Positions 24,241 to 38,334 of a stretch of DNA of 64,000 nt are shown piece by piece; position 1 is the stretch's first letter; each line of letters starts with the position of its first letter. The position numbers were made by a program, and so were the translations under genes. Origin of the DNA: Octopus sinensis (Eukaryota); assembly GCF_006345805.1 (NCBI RefSeq), contig NC_043010.1:23560001-23624000 (forward strand), read 5' to 3'. The notes under the pieces were generated by a model, which was given only the letters and a program-made list of their open reading frames with translations, was not told where the DNA came from and ran no database searches.

Positions 24241-25329
24241 TATTTACACATACACATACATAGATATATACATATATATACATATATATATATAAAGATA
24301 TATAGATAGGTAGATAGATACGTGTACATATAATAGACACACATGGATACACACACGTATATATATATATATATATATATATATCACCCTAACGGCTTCG
24401 AATTCAATAATCACGCAACATGAAAAACTGAATAAATAATTAAAAATAAAATACATGATTGAAAGAATAAAAGAATGAACGAATAAATGAGAGAATATTA
24501 TTATCGTTTTCAAAATCTATTGTTTTATAACGTTTTGCTTGGAATATATTTTATAATTTATTAAGAACTTTGAAAAATATAGAAATAATCCATCATGCAG
24601 ATATGTAGATATTTCAGTCTTGAAACTTTCATTCAATCCGTGACGAAATAAAAGATAAAGCTGCTATGTATGTGTGTGTGTGTGTCTGTTTGTATGTCTG
24701 TATATGTATGTGTGTATATCTATAAGGATATATGCTCATATATACATACATATACATATAGATGTGTAAGTATGTGGGTGTTTCTGTGTATGTATTGTAT
24801 ATTGATTTCGAGTTTCATTTCATTATGAGAAGGAGAAACAAAATGAATTAAATTGCCCCCTTCCTTGTCTGGCGTTTTATTTTATCAAAGAGGGAAAGAC
24901 GAAAGGGTACGTTGACCTACGCGTGATTTGATATCAAGAACATAAGGCAGCCGAATGGTGCAAATAATTCAAACGCTACTGATACTTATAATCTGCCACC
25001 AAATACTTTCCCAGGTATTTATGTCCTGATACAAAATTATAAGAGTGTTCAATACAAATTATTTTGGTCGCGTAATAATTCATACGTATCTCATATTATG
25101 TGAGTCTAACGGGATTTCAAGATGCAAAGTGCAACTTCGTTTACTTGAGTATAAAATCAGCAAGCTGGAAATTAATAAGATGACTTTAAGTGTTGCAATT
25201 TGTTTGATATAGGTGGATACCTATATTTGGTTTATATAGGCCTGTCATTTATCTGAAGTTGGTGATTTATACTCACACGTGAGGTTTTGAGTATGTGTAG
25301 TTCTTTACATTTAAGATTATATAGAATGA

Positions 25330-25560
25330 GGATTCATATTGAGCTTTTTTGAGAAGCAGTTGTTGAAGAACTTTGATATGGTCTTAAATTAATGTCCCTT
25401 ATCTAACATTGAGTTGCTCATAGTCTTTCCCTTGTCTTTCGATTTTCAAATGTTGTTTGAAAGAGCTGCGGTGTTTTTCAGGTGGCAACAACGGAAGGTG
25501 TTTTGCTGTGTCTGAGATAGATGAAATAGTCCCCTTTGTGTAAATCGTTGATATATGAGA
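25330..25560 (-). pseudogene. Possible very old GIY-YIG/PLE-like remnant
   Basis: Minus frame ...NTAALSNNI*KSKDKGK resembles the T.LS..IW.LK..G C-terminal stretch of PLE GIY-YIG domains; heavily decayed. Confidence 0.25.
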
Positions 25561-25719
25561 TATTAGCACCATGTAAATAGATTTTCTGTGGACTTTTGCC
25601 CTTTGTGGAATAAAATGCTGATAACTTGCTTCGTAGGATCATATATTTGAGCGTGATTTACATAGACCACGTACCGGCTGTTCTCACTGGCTTCAGTCGA
25701 CTCTTTTATCCCTTATTCT

Positions 25720-25905
25720 CTGCTTGCTTCAGTTATTGGACAGCGGTCATACTGGGGCACCGGCTTGAAGAATGTTTAGCCGAATGAATCGACCCCAGTA
25801 CATTTTTAAATCCTGGTACTTATTCGACATTTTACCGAACCGCTACGTTATTGCGATGTAAACAAATGGTTGTCAAGCTGCGGAAGAGGAACAAACACCG
25901 GCACA
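25720..25905 (-). mobile_element. SINE family 1, 3' part
   Basis: gaatcgaccccagtac...gtacttattc...ccgaaccgctacg...ggttgtcaagc. Confidence 0.6.
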
Positions 25906-25922
25906 AAGGCACACAAACAGAA

Positions 25923-26011
<89 letters not shown>

Positions 26012-26337
26012 ATTACAATAATAGATGATAAAATATTTAAAAGGATTATTAGTGGCCAGCGTATTAAATGAAACCAATTAAGGTGGAAATTGTAAGTTTA
26101 ATTATAAGGGCTTACAAAAAATGTTCTCGACCCTATATATTGTCTATTTCTCAGCATATAGGCTACAAATTTTTTCTAAGCCCTTATAATTATATATATA
26201 CACACACATATATATACGTGAATGTGTGAGTGTATATATATATATAGGGAGAATTCACAAAAATAAGCAAAATACGAAGACAGGTGGTGTAGACAACAAA
26301 CAGATGTATTAGTTTAACGCTCGGGAAAGAAAAATGT

Positions 26338-26373
26338 CTTTAACGTTTCGAACATACGCTCTTCCACAGAAAG
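26338..26373 (-). ncRNA. Degenerate minimal hammerhead-like motif
   Basis: CTTT CTGTGGA A GAGC-gtat-GTTC GAAA CGTT AAAG; same architecture as 55921-55955 but with A6>T. Confidence 0.35.
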
Positions 26374-27691
26374 GAACACAGAAAGAAACAAGGAGAGAAT
26401 ATAAAGAATGTGTAGTGGCTAGTAATCTATCATGGTGAATATATATCATGACAGGCTTGTTTCAGTTTTCGTCTATTAAATCCACTCACGAAGCTATGGT
26501 CACCCCAAGTTTATAGTGACAGACATTAACCAAGGTGCGACGTAGTGGGACTGAACTCAGAACCAGGTGGTTAGTACAAATCCTGCACCGATAAGTACGA
26601 GTTGGAATCCATCTCTTATCAGTTTGTTTTGACATTCCCCAAAATATATCAAAGAGCCGTCTGACCCTTTTTTTATTGTAGCAGTGTTTAGTTATAGAAT
26701 GCAAAAAGAAGAAAGTAATTCCTCAGATGGACAGAGGGAATCATATTTCTGGTTTCTAAAGAGAACCGAATAAAAGAAGAAACACATGAAACAATTTGAT
26801 GATATGGTACTATCGAATGGGGAGGAAGGTGATGTGAATGGGAAATTTGCCAGTTATTTTGCTAAACTTTTTTTGTTCCAAAGTAATAATAACATTCTAT
26901 TATATATCTTACAGAAGCATACATATATTTTGCGATCAAAAAACATATTTGAAGTAGCTAAACGCTAACTTGTTTATGGATATCAAAGAACTATGCTATC
27001 TTTTGAATATGAGGCGTAGATTCTCATAAAACCATTGGGAAAACCGGTTCTTAAGTTCGAAAGTTGACATTTTGGTTTCATGCAATACTTCATAAACATT
27101 CTTGGAGAATATGACTTTTCACATTAAAACAAATGACCATAAATTTTAGAGGACTTGTGTGAATCGCTGAAACACAGATGATGATAAGGATTTAAGTGTG
27201 CATATATATATATATATATACTGAATAATACATACGCAGATAAATAGACCATTTCTGTACGCATATAAACACACACACACATACATATGTGTGTGTGTAT
27301 ATATATATCATTTAATATGTACAATTACAAAAGAACTACTAAGAGTTTCATGCTTTAAAATACATAAAATTGGCAGATTTATATAACATGCTGTGTATAT
27401 CCAAACAGTCTTTCAGGCTTAGTTCATAATGCCAGATGTATTTAAAAAGCAGGTCGACTATGATGAAATATGAGGGAAAATAACGAGAAGATAATACTTG
27501 AAGAGGAGTGATGCGAAAAGTAACAAGAAAAAAAAAATTAGGAAAAGCAAGATCTTTGACTGTTGATATCATAATTAATGTGACTGGTGAAGAATAATGT
27601 AACAGGAAGGAAGCCAATGTCTGTGAGACAGCTACTCACTCCGGAATGGATAGTGTTCTCTATTTCGACAAAAGTAACTTGTCCATGTGCT

Positions 27692-28070
27692 ACGTATGAA
27701 TGACGAAGCCACCTTTAGCATAATCCTGTGAACCTGGAAATTTAAAACAGAGTGTTACCTACTTGCAAATAAATGTGGTAACATGTAACAATATTGACCG
27801 AGGTTACCGTGGTCTTTTCCGCAGTCTTTTCTTCCCACGGATAAACCTTATCTGCTTCCCCCTTTACACCTTACATCATGACACTGTGTTACACGATCCC
27901 TATTGATCGTTTTTTTTCTTTTGTTTCTTTTCCTTTTTTTCTTCTTTCCCTTTTACGATCCCTTTTGATCGAAAACCTACCTCACCTTTTTTTCTTTCTC
28001 CCAAAAAGAAAAGCTCTACTTTGTAATCTGCCCCGTTTGTGTGCAGCCCTGTGTGGCTAATAAAGAAACA
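27692..28070 (+). mobile_element. 3' fragment of the Tx1/L1-like LINE
   Basis: Matches 16118-16510 (acgtatgaatgacgaagcc...ttgaccgaggttaccgtgg...ctaataaagaaac); followed by (TCTA)n to about 28345. Confidence 0.88.
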
Positions 28071-28150
<80 letters not shown>

Positions 28151-28188
28151 CATCTATCTATATGTCTATCTATCTATCCATCTATCTA

Positions 28189-28219
<31 letters not shown>

Positions 28220-28251
28220 ATCCATCTATCTATATGTCTATCTATCTATCC

Positions 28252-28325
<74 letters not shown>

Positions 28326-28490
28326 ATATCTATCTATCTATCTGCATTTATATATAGTACTCAGTGGTGTATGGTGGTTGTTGTATTGTGTGCGCTGACT
28401 CACGCAATGCCACCTAATTTCAAGCATGATTATAAGAAAAATTTGCTATTAAGATTTGTGATTTAATTAATGAATAAGGTTAGTATGTGA

Positions 28491-28810
28491 AGGTGCATGG
28501 CTCAGTGGTTAGAGCGTCGAGCTTACGATCGTGAGGTTGTGATTTCGAATCCCGGACCGGGCTGCGTGTTGTGTTCTTGAGCAAGACACTATTTCACATT
28601 GCTCCAGTTCACTCAACTGTAGAAATGGGTTGCGAAGTCACAGGTGCCAAGCTGTATCGGCCCCTTTGCCTTTCCCTTGGATAACACTGGTGGCGTGAAG
28701 TGGAGGCCGCTATGCATGGGCGACTGTTGTTCTTCCATAAACAACCTTGCCCTGGGAGGGTAACTTTCTTGGTGCAATCCCATGGCCAGTCATGACCGAA
28801 GGGCGTCTCA
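28491..28810 (+). mobile_element. tRNA-derived SINE (family 3) with intact head
   Basis: A box TGGCTCAGTGG and B-box-like TTCGAATCCC; then cttgagcaagacact...tgctccagttcactcaactgt, shared with family 2. Confidence 0.8.
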
Positions 28811-29049
28811 GCATGGTTAGTAATTATAGGGAATTCACCATATTCGATGAGTGTGCAGTGCACACCTGGTACACCTGGTATATAAGCCCCTGATAGTAAT
28901 GTGTCTGCTTTTTATGCAAAAATTTGAATATACATCCGCCTGGGTATATCGAATATAAGTCATTATAATTCAAAGTGATTTCACTTGTCAGTCACATAAG
29001 TTTAATGCTACAGAAGGAATACCTATCTACAGTACTGGTCTGGTTGCAA

Positions 29050-29800
29050 TTCATATCAAACATTGAATATCATCGACCAATATCTCCCAATACTCCATAA
29101 GGACCTCAAACGTCAGAAAATTCTGCGTAGCCATAAAATCATTAAGAGCAGCAAACAACCTAAAACAATAAAGAAGATCCCCACAAATGCCAAACCATTC
29201 TCTAGAACAACAGACTAGGGAATCTAAGAGTCGAAGTCTGTTTGAAGGATCGGAATTCCATTTCAGAGAAGGGCAAATATTCAAAATCAAATCTAACATC
29301 ACTTACGCCTCCCAAAGCATTATTTACGTAATCAGATGCTCGAGCTGCCGTCGAAACTATATTGGTTCAACAGGAATGTTGGTCAGACAGAGATGTATGG
29401 TCCATAGACAACAAATATCCTCCTCACAAATCGCCAAATATATCTCAGTCAACACATTGACGAATGCACGGAACGATTACAACCACAATTCGTAATTTTC
29501 CCATTTTATCAACTTGCTTTCCGGACCTCAACATAATCAAGACTGAATAAAGAAGCCTCATTTATCCAAAAATACATTTAAATATGGATCCAGATTAAAA
29601 GCAAAACACTTACCCCTTATATTGTAAGATATAAGTCAAGATAAAATAAAGATCAAAAATTAAAATTACAGATTAAATAAGTGAACCGTTATCTACCCTA
29701 TTAATATGTATTCATCCTAGTAATATGATAATTTTCAACCCTTAGCCTGATGAGCAATGCGAAACCGGTTCTTACTTTAATTCTGTTGAAAGAACAAAAT
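29050..29800 (+). mobile_element. Diverged Neptune-type PLE 3' fragment
   Basis: FEGSEFHFREGQIFKIKSNITYASQSIIYVIRCSSCRRNYIGSTG; the 3' UTR has CTGATGA GC-aat-GC GAAA CCGGTT (29747-29770) without a clear stem I. Confidence 0.85.
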
Positions 29801-29964
29801 CTTATTTTGTACAAAATTGCATATTTTTATTATTATGACTCTAATATACCCCTTAAACCTGTAAAACGAATCTTCTGTTTTTTCATCTTTTCTCTTTCTG
29901 TATATATCTAATCACGTTTGTTCACCAGCTAAAATATTTTCTACTTTATATATATATATATATT

Positions 29965-30049
<85 letters not shown>

Positions 30050-30353
30050 GGGGGGGGGGTTCTATCAATGAAAAGGTACGAGAAAAAACAACCTTTTCCT
30101 ACGAGAAGAATTCTAATCAGAAATATAAAAAAAAGGCAAAATGCAGAGAAATTCTAAGCTTGACAATTTTTGTATATATTTTTATGGAATAAATTATTCA
30201 CATAGTTGACGGGTTGCATTTGTGCTAATCAGGAGAAAAAATTATTGATAATGAATACAATTATATGTTATATTTTGTTTTCATTCCATGTCAGTAGGAG
30301 GGAGGTTTTATATATAAATATCTGTTTAGTGTTGACTATGGGAAATAATAGTG

Positions 30354-30401
<48 letters not shown>

Positions 30402-30489
30402 GTAGTAGTAGTAGTAGTAGTAGAAGTAGTAGTAGTAGTAGCAGCAGTAGCAGCAGCAGTAGTAGTGGTAGTAGTAGTAGTGGTAGTAG

Positions 30490-30831
30490 TAGTAGTTGTG
30501 GAGCATCATAGCGATGTTTGGAGAGGAATTCGTTGGGGTTTGGATAATTCACCTTCCGAAACATGGGTGTTTCGTTAAATATCCTTAAACAATCCTTATT
30601 CAGGGACCTTTTGAGTGGGATGGGCTACTCGACCTGAAGAAAATTCAAATTTGGCCTCACCTGCAAGGTCATGCGCTGTTAATCTTGATATGAAATCACC
30701 ATGTCACGCATATATGGTTGTAATATATGTGCCTGGTGTACCCTTATGAGACAGGTAGTCAAGATGGGTATACCGGGATTCGTATATTTTACCCCAGTGT
30801 CCCTTTGATGGCACGCACTGCTTTCTCACTC
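30490..30831 (+). mobile_element. ~550-bp non-coding TAA-associated element, 5'-truncated copy
   Basis: Matches the 3' 340 bp of 33452-34002; ends ctcactc + (AAT)n. Confidence 0.8.
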
Positions 30832-30849
30832 AATAATAATAATAATAAC

Positions 30850-30887
<38 letters not shown>

Positions 30888-30924
30888 TAACAATAATAAT
30901 AATAATAATATAATAATAATAATA

Positions 30925-30957
<33 letters not shown>

Positions 30958-31019
30958 GAAGAAGAAGAAGAGAAGAAGAAGAAGAAGAAAAAAGAAGAAG
31001 AAGAGAAGAAGAAGAAGAA

Positions 31020-31051
<32 letters not shown>

Positions 31052-31059
31052 AGAAAAAG

Positions 31060-32054
31060 AACCTCTCAATGGCAAATACCGTTATTCTGAATGATAAATG
31101 GCAAGAAAAACCTCTCAATGGCAAATACCAAAAGAGAGTGAATAATGCAAATGTTGACAAAGCCCTGACCCATCAATGGCTAATGGCCTCTGGCTTAGAA
31201 TCTGAAACAGAGGGGTTTGTCATAGCAACTCAAGATCAATGCCTACCAACAAGGAACTACCAGGCCAAAATATTAAAGAACGGCAGTAGCCCAACATGTC
31301 GTGTATGTCAACAACAAAATGAAACCATTGATCATGTTGTCTCCAAGTGCAGTCTTCTTGCGCCTCCAGAGTATCTCAACAGGCATGATAGAGCTGCACA
31401 ATATATTCACTGGATAATTTGCAGAAGCCTGGACTTGCCCCATAATAAAAGCTAGTGGGAACACAATCCACCTCCAGTGCTTGAAAATGACCACTTCACA
31501 CTCCTCTGGAACTTCACCATTCAAACTGACAGAAAGTTAGACGCGAATAGGCCAGATATCATATTGAAAGACTTCAGACAAAGAACATGCCTCCTCATTG
31601 ATATGACTGTCCCAATCGATATAAACGTATCTGTCAAGACCTACCAGGAACTGGGCAAATATAAAGATCTGGAAATAGAAATCAGCAAAATGTGGAACCT
31701 GAAGACTAAAACAATACATGTTGTCAAAGGTGCCCTGGGAATGAAAGCGAAAGGAGCTGATTGCTACCTAACTCAGATACCAGGAAACCCCAAAATGACA
31801 GAAATTCAAAAGATAGTGCTCATGGGAACTGCTCATATCCTACGCAAAATACTTTCTATGTAATCTAAAGTTTTAAAACAAACATAATTTTCGTATGGTT
31901 TTTTTGGCATTCACTAGTACAACAATAAGTACAAAACAAATATATGGCGCCCTAGGCATAACACCAACATGAACTTCCAACTTGTTGTCTCTTGAGGTCT
32001 CTGGGTGAGACTTGGAGCCAGCTTGTGCAAATGTAAAGCAAAAGTCAAACATAG

Positions 32055-32055
<1 letters not shown>
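31060..32055 (+). mobile_element. R4/Dong-clade non-LTR retrotransposon, 3' portion (zinc knuckle + RLE + 3' UTR)
   Basis: CRVCQQQNETIDHVVSKC, RHD, LWNFTIQTDRKLDANRPDI, KYKDLEIEI, ILRKILSM*; ends catagaa + (TAA)n. Confidence 0.93.
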
Positions 32056-32086
<31 letters not shown>

Positions 32087-32138
32087 CAACAACAACAACA
32101 ACAATAATAATAACAACAACAACAGCAACAACAAAAAC

Positions 32139-32175
<37 letters not shown>

Positions 32176-32176
32176 T

Positions 32177-32704
32177 GTACAAGGCAGTGGCTCTCATGGC
32201 TTCTGATCTTAACTGATTGGAAGTGTTATCATGTACGTTGTTTTGTCTTGGTATAAAAGATGGGCTACAGCAAATATTCTGCTCAATACCACAGATTTGC
32301 TTGTCAGCTGTTTGACTTTAACCAGTTGAGCATGTCCCTTAGTGGCTGACGATATGTGCATCTCCGATTACATGCAGAAGTAGTGGGGGAGCATCATAGC
32401 CATGTGTTGAGAGGGATTGTTTGGGGTTTGAATAATTCACTTCTGGAAACATGTGTGGTTCTTTCAACATCCTTAAACAACCCTTATTCAGGAACTTTTG
32501 AGCGGGATGGGCTACTCAACCTGAAGAAAATTCTAACTGGGCCCCACCTCTGTTTATCTTGATATGAGATCACCATGTCGTGCACAAATGGTTGTGATGC
32601 ATGTGCCTGGTGTACCCTTATCAGACGGGTAGTCATGATGGGTATATTGGGCTTCGTATATTTTACCCCAATGTCACTTTTTGGCATGAACTGCTCCCTC
32701 ACTC
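32177..32704 (+). mobile_element. ~550-bp non-coding TAA-associated element
   Basis: Matches 33467-34002; (TAA)n on both sides. Confidence 0.85.
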
Positions 32705-32736
<32 letters not shown>

Positions 32737-32746
32737 AAATAATAAT

Positions 32747-32980
32747 GTGCACTTGCAAGTTTCATCACTTTACTGCAAACACGGCTGAAAACCATTGGGG
32801 CAAGTGTTCTGAAGGTACAACATCTACAAAAATCAGCATTGCTTGGAACTGCAAGAATTCTTCGCAGGGTTTTCGAAACATGACCAATAAAGAATTGTCA
32901 CCTTAGTCTGCTGTCTGTGGACAGCTGACGCTTTCCATCATACCCAGCAAAATTAGCTGTGAGTTTTCACATATCGATAG
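32747..32980 (+). mobile_element. Short R4/Dong-like 3' end
   Basis: ...HLQKSALLGTARILRRVFET* plus 3' UTR, between TAA runs. Confidence 0.7.
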
Positions 32981-32987
32981 TAATAAT

Positions 32988-33362
32988 CAGATGCGATTCA
33001 GTGCGACCGTGAGATAGAGAACAGGAAGCCAGGCATAGTCTTAATTGAGAAAGAAACCAAACTATGCTGGATCATAGATATAGCATGCCCAGCTGACAAA
33101 AAGGTATGCGATAAGGAAGAAAGAACAGTTGTGGTCGACGATAAAGGTGGTAGTAGTACTAATAATTGTCGGAGCTCTGTGAAGAGTGGGTAAAAATCTC
33201 GAGAAGTACGTTGAAGAAATAGGGGCTGCAATATGGGTGGAGAACTTGCAGAAAACAGCACTGCTTGGAAACGCTCGAAAAAGGAGAGGTGTTTCCTTAG
33301 TTCACTGGTAGTGAACAGCTGACACTGTAATACATCTCCAGCATTAGAAGCTGTGCAAAATC
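32988..33362 (+). mobile_element. R4/Dong-like RLE 3' fragment (another family)
   Basis: IQCDREIENRKPGIVLIEKETKLCWIIDIACPADKKV...LQKTALLG; ends aaaatc + (AAT)n. Confidence 0.8.
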
Positions 33363-33423
<61 letters not shown>

Positions 33424-33451
33424 TAATAATAATGATAATAATAATAATTAT

Positions 33452-34002
33452 AAATGCCCTGATGCAGTACCAGGCAGTGGCTCTCATGGCTTCTGATCTT
33501 AACTGATTGGAAGTGTTATCATGTACATTGTTTTGTCTTGGTATAAAAGATGGGCTACAACAAATATTCTGCTCAATACCACAGATTTGCTTGTCAGTTG
33601 TTTGACCATAACCAGTTGAGCATGTCCCTTAGTGGCTGGCAATACGTGCATCTCTGATCACGAGCAGAAGTAGTGGGGGAGCATCATAGCCGTGTGTTGA
33701 GAGGGATTCTTTGTAGTTTGAATAATTCACCTCTGGAAACATGGGTGTTTCGTTCAACATCTTAAAGCAACCCTTATTCAGGGACCTTTTGAGCAGGATG
33801 GGCTACTTGACCGGAAGAAAATTCTAACTGGGCCCCACCTGGAAGGTCATGTGCTGTTTATCTTGATACGAGATCACCATGTCACGCACATATGGTTGTG
33901 ATGCATGTGCCTGGTGTACCCTTATCAGACGGGTAGTCATGATGGGTGTGCTGACACTTTTACCCCAGTGTCACTTTGATGGCATGCACTGCTCTCTCAC
34001 TC
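33452..34002 (+). mobile_element. ~550-bp non-coding TAA-associated element, longest copy
   Basis: aaatgccctgatgcagtacc...ctctctcactc, 551 bp, flanked by (TAA)n. Confidence 0.85.
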
Positions 34003-34042
34003 AATAATAATAATAATAATAATGATGATGATGATGATGATG

Positions 34043-34087
<45 letters not shown>

Positions 34088-34102
34088 TGAATAATAATAA
34101 TA

Positions 34103-34166
<64 letters not shown>

Positions 34167-34909
34167 TAATAATGATAATGTAGTATTTTGTTTTGGTCGA
34201 GTCAGTTCCTGGTTATTCTGAATTTTACAAATGGTGGTACATAAAGGATTTTCAAACAAGTTGCTTAAAGAAACTGTTCACTCTCAGATAAAAGTCAGAA
34301 TGGTAAGAAACTCATTCGCCTAAAGTATATGTGTGTGCCTGTGTGTCTGGTTCTGTTTGTGTGTATTCATGCATATAGACCCAAATGTGTATCACATCAA
34401 AACCGATAGAAAACAAAATGCGAGATGTACGCTATTCTACGGTTCGGTTATATTTTTAGCGATTCTACTATCATGTATACATTCACAATTATAAAATTGT
34501 TTAGAGGTTTATTTCTAATTAAACACACGCGAAGTTTACTTCCAAAACAAAAATAACAACAACAACAACTGCAACTATAGCAACAACGGCAACGACATAA
34601 ACAGCAACAAGAAGAAAATGGAATATATAAAACATGGCGAGGAATATCGGAATGATTTCTTTACATTTAAAGATTTAAACACTAATTAATATCACTTCCG
34701 GTACACATGGAGGAAATTAATCACAAGTTAAAAGAAATAGAGTGGAGGGTGTGTAGAGGAGGTCAAAGGGGATGGGGAGATGGCATGAAATTCGATGAAA
34801 TGGAATTACAAAGAAAATTGGATCAATTAACACGGAAATATAGACAGATGAAGCATTAAGTAAACTTGCATAATTCAATTTGTATATAAAACTAAGGAGT
34901 ATGGATATA

Positions 34910-36000
<1,091 letters not shown>

Positions 36001-36654
36001 AGAGAGAGGGAGAATGTGAGAGAGAGTCATCAGGCATATATACGTACTGAACATATGCTCTCATTTACATTCCTCCCATACATATGTGTATGTGTACCTT
36101 TATGTGCTTCGTTCTTAGTGTCATTGTTGTCTCTCTGTATGTTTGTATACTATTATATATACATGTATGTATGTATGTATGTATGTATGTATGTATGTAT
36201 GCATGTATGTATGTATTTATGTATGCATGTATTTATGTATGTATGTATGAGTCTGTGCACGTGTTTCTATGAAAGCGCGCATGTGTTGTTTTCTGGCTGA
36301 CTTTCGAAACACCCGTAATTCTAGTAATTAAGAAGTCGGGAGAAATAAAAGAGAAAACTATATGATGCGTGATCTTAATTAGCAAGTTGTCAGCGCATAT
36401 GCATATTAGAGACACCAGATCGGTTCAATTAGTTCACAAATAAATAGAAAGACGCTGCGCAAATTATATAATCTTGTATATTTATATAGTAGTAAATTGG
36501 TGCGCGAACAGAGGTAGATACGATGTTAAAATATAATTACTTGAAGATTGGTTAAAATGAAAAAATATATATGTTGTGTATTCTAATAGTATTGCTGTGC
36601 TTAGGCGTGTGTGCGTGTGTGATTTTGCACGCATGTCGATGGATTCGAACCTCA

Positions 36655-36990
36655 GCCGGTTCAGTCCCAACTCGTGGCACCTTGGCCATGTCTGTGTCAT
36701 TTTCTATAACGTCCGGCCGACCAAAGCGTTGCAAGTGGATTTGATATCACGGAAATTCTAATATGCGTGTGTGCGTTTCTGTTTGCGAATGTGTGTGTGT
36801 ATGTGTGTGTCAGTGTTTGTTCCCTGCCACCACTTCAAAACTGGTGTTGATTCACTTACATCCCAATAACGTAGCAGTTCGGCAAAAAATAAAACAGCGG
36901 AGTCCCATGGAATAATTTACTAGACTGGGATTGATTCATTTGACAGAGAATTCTTGAAGGCGGTCCTCTAGTATTGGCACGATCTAATGA
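36655..36990 (+). mobile_element. SINE family 1, degraded
   Basis: ccggttcagtccc...gtggcaccttgg...ccgaccaaagcg...tgtttgttccctgccacc...gttcggcaaaa. Confidence 0.55.
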
Positions 36991-37004
36991 CTGAAAGATA
37001 TAAA

Positions 37005-37740
37005 CTGGCTATGCTGATAACATAGAATTAGTACAAGCAGTCACGGAACCTTCTGATGCTAATCTTTTTCAGAAAGACCTAGATGACATATATAAATGGG
37101 CTGAAGAAAACAACATGATATTTAACGCAGGCAAATTCTAATCCCTCCGCTATCAGTCAATTGGCGAACAGAAGCCGCAACAACGACTCCTTGCACCAAA
37201 AAGTTGGAGAAGAAAGGAGAGCAAGAGAAACTTACTTAAAAAGCTTTTTTAAGAACATTTTTCCAGGATCAGAAACAGTGTGTGGTCTCAGGATGATATG
37301 GGTAAACAATACCTCGTTTCATATGCTTATCACCAAGATGGTAGCAGTGTGCAAGCAAATGACCTGATGGATTCTGAGAACCTTCAGAAAAAGGGGCCAG
37401 GTAACTATGCTGGTTCTATGGAGGACATTTGTCTTCATCCGTCAGGACTGCGGCTCTAATCTGATCCTACAGTGTCAGACTAATAGGGGAACTTGAGACA
37501 GTACATCAATGTTACCCCAAGATGACTACGTCAATGGAACAGCTGAGCTACTGGGAGAGATTGAGAGAGCTAAGACGGGAGAGGTATGCAGTGATGTATG
37601 TATGGAGAGGCTGGCACCAAAACTTTGGAATCGAGAGTTATACAAGACCCCGAACTGGACGTCACTGGACGTTACTTGGTTACACCATCGGTTTTGGTAC
37701 CCCGAAAAAACACCCGGCACACAGTGAAAATACGTTGGTG
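37005..37740 (+). mobile_element. Decayed CR1/L2-like LINE RT fragment
   Basis: YADNIELVQAV...FQKDLDDIYKWAEENNMIFNAGKF, WILRTF, LSYWERLRELRRERYAVMYVW. Confidence 0.8.
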
Positions 37741-37900
37741 TTCGGAAGAAGTCCCAGAGCTTGGCCCATTCCTCGAGTTTGCCAGTTCTTATGAAACCGG
37801 CCAAACCATACGAGCGTAGAAATCAGACGTTAAGTGACGGTGATGATGATAATGATGATGATGGTGATGATATATATATTTACATAAACTCTTATATATA

Positions 37901-37952
<52 letters not shown>

Positions 37953-38060
37953 TATATTTGTATGCATCTATATAATATATACATGTTTGTATATGTAGCT
38001 ATACACATACAAACATATATATACGCGTATATATACGTGTGCATATAAACATAAAAAGAA

Positions 38061-38210
38061 TACATTATTTACATCATTTACATTTGACGGATATTTGTCC
38101 TCATCTTGTTTGCTATTAACATAATGTTTCAGCTGATATACCCTCCAAACTTCTTCAGGTGTCTTGGGGAAATTTCGGACCTGGGTTCCCAAACCAAAGG
38201 TATTTTCCGA

Positions 38211-38214
<4 letters not shown>
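38061..38214 (-). mobile_element. HHR-containing short element body (degenerate copy of 48647-48797)
   Basis: Minus strand aacatcggaaaatacc...ccccaagacacctgaagaag...gagggtatatcagctgaaac...gatgaggacaaatatccg; directly follows (TAA)n. Confidence 0.8.
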
Positions 38215-38270
<56 letters not shown>

Positions 38271-38302
38271 CATTATTATTATAATTATTTTTCTTCTTAT
38301 TA

Positions 38303-38334
<32 letters not shown>

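Noticed and set aside
26100-26191. ~22-bp inverted repeat around a 46-nt spacer
   Set aside because: Too short to assign; perhaps a tiny MITE, with no second copy seen.
33452-34002. Hammerhead or HDV-like ribozyme in the 550-bp element
   Set aside because: CTGAAGA, CTGATG and GAAAC words are present but the flanking stems do not pair.
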